A DNA stretch of 64,000 nucleotides from assembly GCA_946965045.2 (NCBI GenBank), contig OX337241.1, positions 2,294,001 to 2,358,000 of the forward strand, given 5' to 3'. Shown here piece after piece: positions 11,608 to 22,427 of the stretch (its first letter is position 1; each line of letters opens with the position of its first letter). This DNA comes from Epithemia pelagica. Lineage: Eukaryota > Protista > Bacillariophyta. The notes beneath the pieces were generated by a model. That model was given only the letters and a program-made list of their open reading frames with translations. It made no database searches and was not told the origin of the DNA. The position numbers and the translations under genes were made by a program.

Positions 11608-14600
11608 ATGTCACCTTCGTCGAAGAAGAAGAAGACTCCTCTTCCAAAGCAATCGGCAGCCGTTTCTGCAAGAAACAAAATCGTTCAGGAGGAGATCGAA
11701 GACCAAGTCAATGCCAAACAAGAATTCATCCTGTCTGAAAAAGAACTTATCCCTGTCCACAAGGGGAAGCCTAACCTCTTATTCTCCAACAGCCCCTCGA
11801 AACGTTGGGATTGGGTTCTCCATGTTGATTGGCAAGCCCTATTCAAGTGGGTATGGGATGGCACCGTGAAGGATCTTCCAGCCTCTTTTCGAGGCTTTAC
11901 GAAAATCCATGATATCATGGGTGAGTTCTTGGGAGAACCACCCGTACAAGACCAAGAATACGATGCCGATGGGAATCCTCTCCCTATTGTTGTTGAAGGA
12001 GAACTTTCCAACAAGGAGTATAAGGCCAAGTACAAGTTACTCGCTCACCGAATGGTTCTCTGTCCGCTCTGTTTTAAAAACCCCGATGTCCCTTTGTTTA
12101 AATGTTGCATTACCTGCAGCGATGAGAAGCCATCCAATGTGAAGCAGCACATTGACAAGCATCATGGGGGCGACGAAAAAGTATTTGGAGTGTCAAGTGA
12201 AGAGAAGTTGAACCAATTTACACTAAAAGGGTTCACATCCGACCTATCTCCTCGCAAGGAAGCCGTTGGACAATTAAGACAGCTCATATACGAGTTTGTA
12301 AATGATTGTTGTCTCCCCGCCAATACCGTGGAAAAACCCCAGTTCCGGGAACTCCTCCGATATGCTTTTCAAAATGGTGGCCAACTAAAGGACACCCGTG
12401 CCGAAGTCATGAGCCGCCGCCAGGTCACCAAGCTTCGAATGGATTCATACAAGGACTATGTCTCAACTGTTGCCTCTCTAGCAAGGAACGTCCGAGAAGA
12501 ATACAAGACCCTATGTGGCAAAGAGATTGCGTTTGCCACGGTCTGCCACGACATTTGGCAGGCGCGACGTCATGATGTCCTTGGTGTCACTCTCATGTTT
12601 GCTGACCCACGCAATAGTGTTGTATATCGAATCCCCATTGGCTTGGCTGAAACTAAGGGCCATGCGGCCGTGGATGTGGCTAACCTAACACACTCCCTAC
12701 TCATGTCTGTCGGTTTCAATCAAGACGACCTTGTGGCTTCGGTAAATGACAATACATCAGCTGCTGTCCTTGCCGGTAAATACATTGTCGGAGATCATGC
12801 CAAGGTGGGCCGATGCGATATGCATCGGGCCGAATTGGTCCTCAAGCACGCCACAGGGCTTGTGCAACGGTTCAGGAAAGGTGTTCTTATCGATTCTTTT
12901 CCAGAATTTTGTGAACTGTATGGAAAATTCAAGAAACTGGCTGGGTGGGTGACTAGCAAGCACGCATTTCATCGTTGGGAGAAACTCAAGAAGAAGGCCG
13001 AAGAACTGGGGTTCACGTTGATCTTAATCCCCATGCCAAACGACACCCGTGTTGGTGGATGTGTCATTCTCATCCAAGCTTTACTGCGGAACAAATGGTT
13101 TTTCGATCTTTATGTCCTGACATCAAAACTCAGTGACCCTACTTTTGTTTCTCTATATCCTACTCAAGACGAATGGGACCTTCTGGCCCAATATGAAGGT
13201 ATCCTCAGTCCTCTGAAGGCTGTTGCTCTACAGCTCCAAACCGACGAACCTGGCGCCAGTTCGGCCACGCTTCTGGAGATTTATCTCTCTCATTTCAAGA
13301 CTGAACGAATGAGGATGAGCAAAGTCTCCTGCGTTCCAGTCAACGAGGCGGATCTTGAAGAAGACGAGAAATGGGATGCATCTGCACCCATGAGTGAGTT
13401 GAACGCATTGCGAATTGGAGTGTCTTACAATGAATTGGGTGATGGTCCCAAGAAGCTCATTCGCCGGATTCTGCATGAGTACCGCATCTATCTTTTGGAT
13501 ACAGATGAGGATGCGTTGAAAGCAGTTTGCTGCAATCCTATGTTGGCGAATATTTATGACGACATGTTCCAGTCTTTGGCCATGTTCGATTCCGAAAAAG
13601 TAAGGAAGGCTCGTCGTATTTTCTTAGACGACATGATGTCCAAGTTCAGCAACGCTAAGGCTTCACCTCTTGGCGCGCTACTTGAAAAACAACGACAGCA
13701 ATCCCAGGGGGAACCAACTACTCCACCCAAAGAGACTACAGCAACTCCCCCTACCAACCCAGGCAACACAGGATCTTCACGAAAGAAGAAGGAACGGTAT
13801 GAAGAAGAAGATGTTTTTGAGTCCATACGCAGAACAAGAGAACTCAAAGAACAGGCCCTTCTCCAGATCACTGGAGCGGCCTCTATGGGAGGCACAGAAA
13901 CAGAGGTTCTGGTGGCATTAAAAAATGCTTGCACAGAAGCCTTCGATTCCTTTAAACGAATGTGTGGGGTCCATATTGACAAGCAATGGGCCAAGGTCAT
14001 TGCAGACTATCCAACAGAGAAATATTCAAACGAGGCACCAAAATGGAACGAACAGGAGAAGACTGCTTTTCGAAAAGCCTGTTTGAATTCGAATTATTGT
14101 CAGATATCAAAGTATTTCGATATCATGGCCTGGTGGAGCGATCACAAGAGAGAATTCCCTCTTATGTATGTGATGGCAATGATATGGCTCACAAAGCCGT
14201 CCACCAATGCGTTCCAGGAACGCATTTTTTCGTTAGGAACGTGGTTTCAACAGAATAAACTTATGGCGAATATGCTGAAGAAGCATTATGAAATGAGGAC
14301 AATGGATTTTCTAACCAGGTCACTTAAGCGGGAGATTATCGCCAGAGAGTTGGAATTGCAACGAAATACTAAACAACAAATATCACACTACGTTGGAATT
14401 GGTAACTCCGAGACGTCTGATACAGTGAACGAGGCAGGCACAACTATGGATTCATCCACAAAGGAGAAAGCGGCCACCAAGGATTTCTCTACAAGACAAA
14501 CTGCTCTTGTTCAGATGAGTGGCATGAGGGATGCAACTCAGAGTTATGTGGAGTACAACAAGAAAGCAGATGCAGAGAAGGGGCTAGTCACAAACGATCA

Positions 14601-15378
14601 GTCCATTGGTATGACGTACTTTGAGGAACTTTCTGAGGACGAGGATGAACGCTCTCTCTTGTCTGGTGGATTGGAAACACCTGAAGTTTGTGCTGAAATG
14701 AGCAAAGAAAAACGAATTCGTGAAGCACAACGTCTTTCCCAAATGGTGAGAGATGGAAGAAAGAAACCTATTGAATGGGACACAGTGAAGGTGGTTCGTT
14801 TTGAGCGTCACCCAGACGATGACTCGGTCCAACATTCATCGGAAGACGAAAGTTTTGGTGACGAAGACAGTGATGCGGCAATGAATGAAGTGTTTGATCT
14901 GGAATTGAAAGGATTAGAGGAAGCTGTAGTACAAGAGGCAATTGACCTGACGGCGTCTCAGACCGAGCAGAGGGATAGTGACAGGGATACATCTGGGAAT
15001 AAGAGAAAGACAGATGCTCAACGTAGAAAGAAAACCAAGCAGCAAAAACTTTTGCCGACTAGACAGTCACCTCCTCGTCAAGCCAAAAACAAAAGCCGTT
15101 TGAAGCAGGCATCTATGAAACAAACATCTCTGTCCCTGTCAGGTGGACACGAAGAAAGGCAGAAACAATCTCAGTCGAGAAGCCAGGTGAATGCCAAGAA
15201 ACATGCTAAAGGAAGAAAGGGACAACCTAAGGACGACAGGAACTATGAGGATGAACAACAAGATGATACCAAGAACGATCAGAGTATTGAGGATGTCTTA
15301 CAGGAACTGGAGTCGGACTCGGAGGATGAAGAACACGGGAATGAAGAACACGATGATGAAGAAGTGTATGACGACTAA
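11608..15378 (+). CDS. hAT transposase with N-terminal BED-type zinc finger and long charged C-terminal tail
   Basis: CPLCFK...SNVKQHIDKHH (BED-like); putative DDE residues VCHDIW, VNDNTS and STNAFQERIFS; CDMH (CxxH) motif; NDTRVGG at the position of the usual TRW motif; uninterrupted ORF (track 11581-15378, first ATG 11608). Confidence 0.9.
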   Translation: MSPSSKKKKTPLPKQSAAVSARNKIVQEEIEDQVNAKQEFILSEKELIPVHKGKPNLLFSNSPSKRWDWVLHVDWQALFKWVWDGTVKDLPASFRGFTKIHDIMGEFLGEPPVQDQEYDADGNPLPIVVEGELSNKEYKAKYKLLAHRMVLCPLCFKNPDVPLFKCCITCSDEKPSNVKQHIDKHHGGDEKVFGVSSEEKLNQFTLKGFTSDLSPRKEAVGQLRQLIYEFVNDCCLPANTVEKPQFRELLRYAFQNGGQLKDTRAEVMSRRQVTKLRMDSYKDYVSTVASLARNVREEYKTLCGKEIAFATVCHDIWQARRHDVLGVTLMFADPRNSVVYRIPIGLAETKGHAAVDVANLTHSLLMSVGFNQDDLVASVNDNTSAAVLAGKYIVGDHAKVGRCDMHRAELVLKHATGLVQRFRKGVLIDSFPEFCELYGKFKKLAGWVTSKHAFHRWEKLKKKAEELGFTLILIPMPNDTRVGGCVILIQALLRNKWFFDLYVLTSKLSDPTFVSLYPTQDEWDLLAQYEGILSPLKAVALQLQTDEPGASSATLLEIYLSHFKTERMRMSKVSCVPVNEADLEEDEKWDASAPMSELNALRIGVSYNELGDGPKKLIRRILHEYRIYLLDTDEDALKAVCCNPMLANIYDDMFQSLAMFDSEKVRKARRIFLDDMMSKFSNAKASPLGALLEKQRQQSQGEPTTPPKETTATPPTNPGNTGSSRKKKERYEEEDVFESIRRTRELKEQALLQITGAASMGGTETEVLVALKNACTEAFDSFKRMCGVHIDKQWAKVIADYPTEKYSNEAPKWNEQEKTAFRKACLNSNYCQISKYFDIMAWWSDHKREFPLMYVMAMIWLTKPSTNAFQERIFSLGTWFQQNKLMANMLKKHYEMRTMDFLTRSLKREIIARELELQRNTKQQISHYVGIGNSETSDTVNEAGTTMDSSTKEKAATKDFSTRQTALVQMSGMRDATQSYVEYNKKADAEKGLVTNDQSIGMTYFEELSEDEDERSLLSGGLETPEVCAEMSKEKRIREAQRLSQMVRDGRKKPIEWDTVKVVRFERHPDDDSVQHSSEDESFGDEDSDAAMNEVFDLELKGLEEAVVQEAIDLTASQTEQRDSDRDTSGNKRKTDAQRRKKTKQQKLLPTRQSPPRQAKNKSRLKQASMKQTSLSLSGGHEERQKQSQSRSQVNAKKHAKGRKGQPKDDRNYEDEQQDDTKNDQSIEDVLQELESDSEDEEHGNEEHDDEEVYDD

Positions 15379-15531
15379 CATGAAGAGAGGTATAAACGAG
15401 AATGAAAACAAAAACGAGCAATAGCAGTTGAGCCAAGTGAAGCAAATTGATGATGAGAGATATTGACAGTGAAAACAATTTAATATTAGGAACGTAATAC
15501 ATGTACTGCAGTAAGAATCAACTTTCAACAA

Positions 15532-17406
15532 CTAGTACGACTTTCTTTTGTCCATGTACTTGTCAAACATAGAAATGACCTTCTTTTTGAAAAAGGGACA
15601 GAAATTTTTGCTCTTTGCAAGGCGCTCCCGCACCTTGGATCCTTCACCAGATACAGCGATCTGACTCAACGATCCCAATAAAGGGTTGATGTCTCTCCAG
15701 AACTTTTGGGGAACCCATGATTCCAAATGTTTTGAACACTCATAAGCTTCACATTTCGTGGGTACCCATCCAAGATTTTGGGACCATCGCATCACGTGGA
15801 TGTCGGAGGGAATTCCTTCGGACCGATCAAAGGAAGCTTCGATTACAATGGCAGCAGTCTTGTACCCTATACCGAGCAGAGTGGTAAGCTCCTGGATAGA
15901 AATATTCGTCGGAATAACTCCATTGTGTTCTTGGATAAAGTAATCCGCGGCATTCACAATGTGTTCAGCATTTTTGTAAAAACGTCCCGGTTCGGAAAGA
16001 ATGGAGCACAAGGCGTCCATGCCGTATCTTTGTGAAATGTCAATCACCGCCGTTGCGGATGTCAATCCAAACGAGAAAATACGAGGCATCACAGTGCTAA
16101 GTTGTGCATCGGAGGTACTTGCACTCATGCATATTGTCATGAGGAACATGAAGGCTTTGTCTGCCTGTGGGTCGTCTGCAGTGATAGAAGAGTCGACCCA
16201 GTCCTCCCAAGAATCCCGAGGGACGTTGATGCCATCCTTTTTCAAACTTGTCCAGAAGTTCAGAAGAGAGTAGAACTGAAAAGTTCGTTCAAGCAATATT
16301 TCTGGAAATTTGTCACAATCAGGAATTGATACATGACTGTCACATGGTGGTTTGACGATAGCTTTTTCCCCAGGCATGTGTCTCTTTGTTCCACTTTGCA
16401 CGTATTTAATGGCTGACTTTGAGCGTGAAATCGACCCAAGGAATGCCGCTATTTTTTCATTTCGAGATCTCGTTGAGTACGAGTGCAATGCAAATTGATT
16501 GTGGAAGAGCTTTTGTTGCTTTCTGGTAGGAGGAGAGGCAATATCTGTCGTGTCTGATGGAAGATTGGTTGTTGTACTTGTGTCAGTAGAACGTTGTGGA
16601 GTTTTGTAGGGGGATGGTAGACGGTGGATTGTTTCTTGTGGAGGAGTATATTGTGATGCGGCAGGCAAAATGGTATCAATTTGGGCATGAGCAGAAGACA
16701 TGTTCAACAATACATGATGTTCAATCAATGATAGGAAAGGAGATACCGTTGGAGGATTGTATAAATCGGTAGGAAAAGAATCATAGTCCACTGGAATATT
16801 TGGAACGTCGATGATATTGAAGCCCTCCACTCGTTGGGCGCTTGCATGGACACCAATGAGTGGCTTCTTTCGGATCATCCAAGATGTAACAAGAGTGCTG
16901 GTTGAAGTTGTCGGTGATATGGCTAGCTGGTTGTCGATGTAATGAACACAGTCATCCAGTACCTTGTTCCGAATGATTGAAAATTGTGTTTTACAATTTA
17001 GAGACAGAATGACCGTCGTACAGGTGATGGTCTGATCCACCATGAGAAGTTGTTCTGTGTTGCTTGAAGAAAACCTGTAAGTGTCCTTGTCAGTTTCTTG
17101 GAAAATGGCTTGGTATACGATACTCGAAAGCAAATCGAGTTGTTGTTGGAAAGAAAGAGTGGGAATACAACATTTGTGTGTAGGGGGGTCATGAGGAGGA
17201 CATGAAATCTGACCACCAACGCGAATGAGCCAGTGAATGGTTTTTTGTTGGATTGCCTGAAAAATCTCGGAAACAGGACGATTCAGGATTCCATCTGTTT
17301 CTTTCAAATCAATCAATAGTGCATAAAGAGAAGGGTTGCAATGCATGACATATTTGGGACAGCATTTTGATTCGAAAATGACATTTGGGTGGGAAGCATC
17401 ATCCAT
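15532..17406 (-). CDS. Transposon-encoded protein with C-terminal endonuclease III/NTH1-like HhH-GPD DNA glycosylase/AP-lyase domain (624 aa)
   Basis: FMFLMTICMSASTSD, GRFYKNAEHI...EHNGVIP, HhH LLGIGYKTA (Lys codon 15859-15861), GIPSDIHVMR (Asp codon 15802-15804), LESWVPQKFWRDINPLLGSLSQ; these match by eye the conserved EndoIII/NTH1 blocks; the C-terminal four-Cys Fe-S motif is reduced to one Cys (FCPF). Confidence 0.88.
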   Translation of the reverse strand: MDDASHPNVIFESKCCPKYVMHCNPSLYALLIDLKETDGILNRPVSEIFQAIQQKTIHWLIRVGGQISCPPHDPPTHKCCIPTLSFQQQLDLLSSIVYQAIFQETDKDTYRFSSSNTEQLLMVDQTITCTTVILSLNCKTQFSIIRNKVLDDCVHYIDNQLAISPTTSTSTLVTSWMIRKKPLIGVHASAQRVEGFNIIDVPNIPVDYDSFPTDLYNPPTVSPFLSLIEHHVLLNMSSAHAQIDTILPAASQYTPPQETIHRLPSPYKTPQRSTDTSTTTNLPSDTTDIASPPTRKQQKLFHNQFALHSYSTRSRNEKIAAFLGSISRSKSAIKYVQSGTKRHMPGEKAIVKPPCDSHVSIPDCDKFPEILLERTFQFYSLLNFWTSLKKDGINVPRDSWEDWVDSSITADDPQADKAFMFLMTICMSASTSDAQLSTVMPRIFSFGLTSATAVIDISQRYGMDALCSILSEPGRFYKNAEHIVNAADYFIQEHNGVIPTNISIQELTTLLGIGYKTAAIVIEASFDRSEGIPSDIHVMRWSQNLGWVPTKCEAYECSKHLESWVPQKFWRDINPLLGSLSQIAVSGEGSKVRERLAKSKNFCPFFKKKVISMFDKYMDKRKSY

Positions 17407-17877
17407 GGTGCTCTCTTAAAACACAAGGCGATGAGGCACAAGCAGCAACGTGAGTTGTGTGAGTACTATTTTCATCTATTGTGGTGTCAGTCGCGAAACA
17501 TGTAATGGGTGAAATATTCAGCGTAGGTAATAATATTACGTAATTTATGGTAATTAATTTATTAAATTAAATTACTGCAAATGAATGAAGGGGTAATTCC
17601 GTTGGGTGAATAAATGAGTCAAATTCATTCTTGAAAGGATTCGCCTCTAATTTATTAAAAAAATTAATTCTCTTTAAAATTTGACAAAGAATATATTACG
17701 TAAATGATATTACATGAACTTGGGAAGGAACAATTTTTGGAAAACGGAATTCATAACGTTTGGTTATTTTGAATATAATGATAAAACTTAATTCTTCATT
17801 ATTATGTAATGGAATAAATTACGTTAATTCTATTCATATAAGAGGTTATGGTAATTCACAACTCTGGCCTGAATAGC

Positions 17878-18111
17878 GAAATGACAGACATTCGGGTAAA
17901 CATTCGTTTTTAGAGTTAGGGTTAAAACTTTATGAAGTTGAAGTGGCACTGATAAGACAAGAAGGGCTGAAGTAGAGTGCCCTTTTATTATTGATGGGTG
18001 CATGTGGAAGAGCACCTGTGACATGGAGGGCAACCGGATGGTCTGTCCGTATGTCAGCCTACATTTTGAAAGTTTATCCGAAAGTCTGTCATGAAAGTCT
18101 GTCATTTCACT
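17878..18111. repeat. Right-hand continuation of the GTCTGTCA motif array interrupted by the hAT element
   Basis: GAAATGACAGAC (17878-17889) is the reverse complement of 11039-11050; GAAAGTCTGTCATTTCACT at 18093-18111 is identical to 11035-11053; another AAAGTCTGTCAT lies immediately upstream. Confidence 0.85.
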
Positions 18112-18676
18112 CCTCTCAACATACACATACTCCATGTTGGATCGATACTCACCTGGCCGAAATTTTGTTTGATCGATTCGACTCAAACTCCAAACATTCC
18201 TCCATCTTTCTTGTATTGAATCTGACTTGATATATTATTATATGGAATGTTTGTTTGCTAGAGTAGACGGTTGCATATCCAAAAGATACCGTCGCCTTTT
18301 AGCAAACGAATTTCCTCCACTTCGATCCATGATCCGTCCACACTACCACCAGCGATTCCTCAAGGGCTGCCTCTCGGTGGCTAGGAGAAGCTATGCAGTC
18401 AAGAAAGCACATCGATTTCGCCTTGCAAACCCGCGCTCCTATCATGCCACTGCGTGTGAAAAGGCATCCTCGAGAACTTCTTGGGCGGACCTGATTGCTG
18501 CCAAGATTGGCAACGACGAGACATTCGAAAAGCCCTCCTGGAGCGAGGAATGGAAACGCCTGGGCCTCGGTGCCGACCTGGTCGAGGACAATGGAAGCAG
18601 CAATGCCAATGACGACGACGACAAGTATTTTCCGAAACACCTCTTTTTTGTCCAGCTCGGTTTTGGGGTCGACCAG

Positions 18677-19200
18677 CACATCCGGTGGGGCGACAAGGGA
18701 ACTGAAATGAAGTTAGTGGATATTCACACCTATGTTGATATGCTTGTCATCGAATTCTGCAGCAACGAAGAGACAAACTCGCAGGCGTCTATGGTGCAAA
18801 CCAGACAAACGTGACGCAGAGCACACTCATTCACACCAACAACAACAGCAGTCGGGACGAAGATCCGGTGCACATATTTTTTTAGCCACTGAAGATCCAC
18901 GTGCAGTTCAAGCCATGCGTAAAAACATACCATCGCATTGGAGACCCCTTTGTAGAAGAGTTTTCGAAACATCGGAAAAAGAGGGTTAATGGGAATGCCC
19001 GAATGGCCAAAGCGCAGAAGGGGGCACCTGGTTTGGCCACCTTAGCTTCACTTTTGATTGCAATGGAAGCCAACGATTTTTTCCTGACCACAGCTAGCAA
19101 TTGGAGTCGACTCATGGATTTGCTTCGGGGGTTCATTTTGGAACACCACTACTCAACCACCGTCATTGACTTGCAAAACCAGAGACATGAGAATAAATAG
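18677..19200 (+). pseudogene. 3' half of a GT23/FUT8-like gene, frameshifted
   Basis: HIRWGDKGTEMKLV, then HIFLATEDPRAVQAM, then GLATLASLLIAMEANDFFLTTASNWSRLMDLLR in three successive frames; these correspond to FUT8-type VHVRRTDK, YLATDDP and CTFSSQVCR blocks. Confidence 0.75.
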
Positions 19201-21563
19201 ATCATACTGGGTGATTCCACTGGAAATAGCAAATTCTCTAGCAACAGCCAACTTTTGAGTGACAAAACCGACGTTTGCAGCTTTGTTTTTTTTGTCTTCC
19301 ACCCCGACACCCGTGAAAAACGATGCCTGCTGTAGTTTGTTTGTTTATTATTTAGTGCTTGTTCGTTCTGGGCGCATCTAATGTTATATATTATATCATC
19401 CCCAGGCCCCCAGGGCTCTCATTCTCAGGTCATGTGACGCAAACCATTTTTTTCGAAGTCATCCATAATCCATACTGCATTGAGACTGACGTTTGTTTCT
19501 AATTTCTGTATAATGTGCTTAGTGTGTAAAATACGACAATGCAACAAACACAGCCTGAATGTTCGTGCGTATGCTTTTTACAGTAAGTATGATGGAAGGG
19601 ACATCGAGTGTTCCCCCGGCAAATCCATCCAGCGTCTTCTTTCATAATATAGTTTCAGCTTTATTTTCTCTAACTAGTAGCCAATTCGCTGGTCGGAATG
19701 ACGGTTGTCTCGGCTCTTCTTCCTCAAACTAGAATGGCACCCAACCAACCCTTCAATTCATCTCGGGAAGGGACCAAGACAGCGGTTAGAGTGTGCCAGG
19801 GTAGTTTTTTCTCTCTCTTTTAGTCCTATCTCACAGCTACATTGTGTGTATATAATGGAGGTTATTGTTTGCTGGATAATTCACCAGAGGATGTATTATG
19901 ACAAGACACACAAGAGAGAATACACAAGGCGGCAGGTATTCTTCTTGCATTCCCAACGTTGTCGGATAGGATGGTTTATTAGAAGTTATTTTCCATTTTT
20001 CGGTCGGTGGATGATTTGTCCGTTGGAAACGTGAGGTTGTCATATCTGGACCCGTCCGTCTTTTGTGATAGATTATTTTCAGTAAGAGAAAGAGTCCTCC
20101 GTGTATGTACCTAGTTCGACTTTCCACCTCGCGACGGTCCCCTCTTGCCAGTCACCTTTTGCATTGCGGAAGTCGCTGTGATAACTAAGCAGGGAAGCCG
20201 AAAGCAGCAAGGAGTACGCATACTAATCAAGTTAGGATCTACTTTGTCATTAAATATTTATCTGCTCTTGTTTTTCGTCGTGTTTTGGGTGGCACCATGC
20301 GGTGGCCTACGTCGTGAGCCAGCGTTGCTATTTCCCTTTTTCGATATAGGTTGCCCTTGGACGAGGCACGGGCTCCCAAAATAAACACGACGTTGCTAAA
20401 ACAATCCTAGAACTCACAATTTCAATGATCCCAGAATTTGCCATCAAGTGATGAATCAGGGAATGAAGAAATTGAAACTTACCCGGACTACGCACATAAT
20501 CTGGTGCCTATTACAACTTCAAACTATATCCCCCACTGTTCCGAAACACCTTGTGAGCTGCCGAGGCTTCATGGAAGCTCACATTTCAGTTCTTCTTGAT
20601 TATATTTAGGTCAACTACCCTGTCTACTTCGTACGGATTTGACTGGTGACCTGTGTTACCCCGAAAAAGGGACACGATACTGGTAGTCTGAATCGAAAAT
20701 CCATCAGTGAAGAGGCATTATCAACTACCAAACTCCTTCGATGCCGGAATTTCAGTCTCGTATGGCGCTGCCCAGATACTTAGAGGATGAGTTCAAAGGA
20801 TTTGCGTTCTGGATTCCCATAAGGCGGTATTTTAATCGAGGATATTACTGATGAGCGTACACAAAGAATCTGTTGGATTCTTCTACGTAGGTTCGAGGGA
20901 ATCATCAGCTCTACAACAACGCGTTGCTAGTTCATCGGAATTGTTGGACGAGAACGAGCACAAGTTTCGCGCAAATGGGACAAGATCCTGGTTATTGGAG
21001 TGCTTGCAGCTCCTCCGTACGTGTACCTTCGTGGCTGTGTCCAGGTCAATGTGTTTTTGAGTTGAGTTTCGATGTTTTGAGTTGAGCCAATAGGATATGG
21101 CGAAAACGCAAACCTTTCTAGAATCAAGTTTTAAAGGTTTGCGAAGACCCCACACGCTCCGCCAAAACCTCACTGGCAATTGCCAAAAACAAATACCAAC
21201 GACCATGCTGTCATCTCTGCATACATGACATGGTTACGGAAGAAAGCATGAGTCCTTCTACATGCATCGCGCAGCCTATTATTAGGAGTACTGAAGATAC
21301 CTCGAACAGCGGTTGCATGCTTTTACCCACATTTCGAATCTCGAACCTGCACATAAGACCTTACCTCACGTCAATAGTCTCCGGGCCATTGGTGCGTTGA
21401 CGACCTTGATGTATTGTGCTATAGTTTGCTATGAATTCCTTTGCAATCCCCAAGTTTGCCGGAGATTTCCTATCTTTCGTTCTCTGTCGTAGACGTGCCG
21501 CACATCATTGCTCTCTATTCACGTCAGATTTAAGAACGAAAGACAGCTGACGATCGACAATCG

Positions 21564-21605
21564 ACAATAATGTAACGACAATAATGTAACAACAATAATG
21601 TAAAT
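21564..21605 (+). repeat. 14-bp tandem repeat x3
   Basis: ACAATAATGTAACG / ACAATAATGTAACA / ACAATAATGTAAAT. Confidence 0.85.
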
Positions 21606-22427
21606 GAGATGCCCGAAAGAAACTCCGACAACGAATACAAACGACAAGTCTATCCGGAGTCTGGAAAGGCATGTTGGGAGACTATGAAATATCGATAACG
21701 ATTGGTTTTAACGACTGTGAAATGTCAACTGAAATATTTCCTGTAACACAAACCTGGATATTTGACCCTTTTCACAGACGTTGGTGGAAACTACCAGAGA
21801 GTGGGGTTTTGGCCTGCCCAAATCAAAACAACAACAAGGCAGACATTTTTTCACGATGGAGTCGTCTTGCTCAGCACCTTTGGAAGATGGTCCAGAGAAA
21901 AGGAAGCCCAATCGAGTTGAGAAGCCCTTTCCCGATCATCTACGAGAAATATACGGGATGATTTGATCAAGACCGAGAGGAAGTTCGACAATCATATTCG
22001 TTGAAGATGAATGGATTCGGGGGATGGGGCTTAGTCGTTTGTCTTGAAGCTCTGAATTCTTCTTCCTCTTCCATTGCCTGTATCTCTTTGTACTTGGAAA
22101 AGTCCAGTGTTTCGGAGCACATAGAAGCACGGGATTCAAAGCGATTGTCCCCTCTTTTTTCACGCCTATAAAAGGGCTACCATTTGAAATGCCTTGTGGA
22201 GACTGGACTGTTCTAGAGACACGTTTCCAACAATGGTCCACACAGTGATACGTCCAAACAATATTGTGGACTACAAGATAAGTACTGATGGGGTGCAGGG
22301 TATCTCTATTTTGCAAACAGTTCACTGCTATTGCGCAATAAGGTGGGATAGAGCCGAGAACTAAATCTTCGATCCCAGCCATCGATTAACGCCATTCGTA
22401 AGCGAGTAGCCTAAATGCTACTCCCAT

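Larger units (their letters stand above)
11069..17866 (+). mobile_element. Complete hAT-superfamily DNA transposon (6,798 bp) with two convergent ORFs
   Basis: Left TIR CAGGGTTGTGAA (11069-11080); right TIR TTCACAACTCTG (17855-17866; reverse complement CAGAGTTGTGAA, 11/12 match); perfect 8-bp TSD GCCTGAAT at 11061-11068 and 17867-17874; AT-rich subterminal regions with repeated AATTAATTC; hAT transposase inside. Confidence 0.95.

Noticed and set aside
7941-18676. Helitron as the identity of the 10.7-kb insert
   Set aside because: No 5' TC, no 3' CTRR with subterminal hairpin, no A|T target at the inferred junctions, and no Rep/helicase ORF.
18227-18676. 195-aa ORF 18227-18814 as a real gene
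   Set aside because: It is a chance in-frame fusion of an unidentified fragment with the HIRWGDK piece of the split GT23 pseudogene.
20385-22382. Stop-riddled protein-like frames
   Set aside because: Probably old pseudogene or transposon debris, but no family motif could be recognised.
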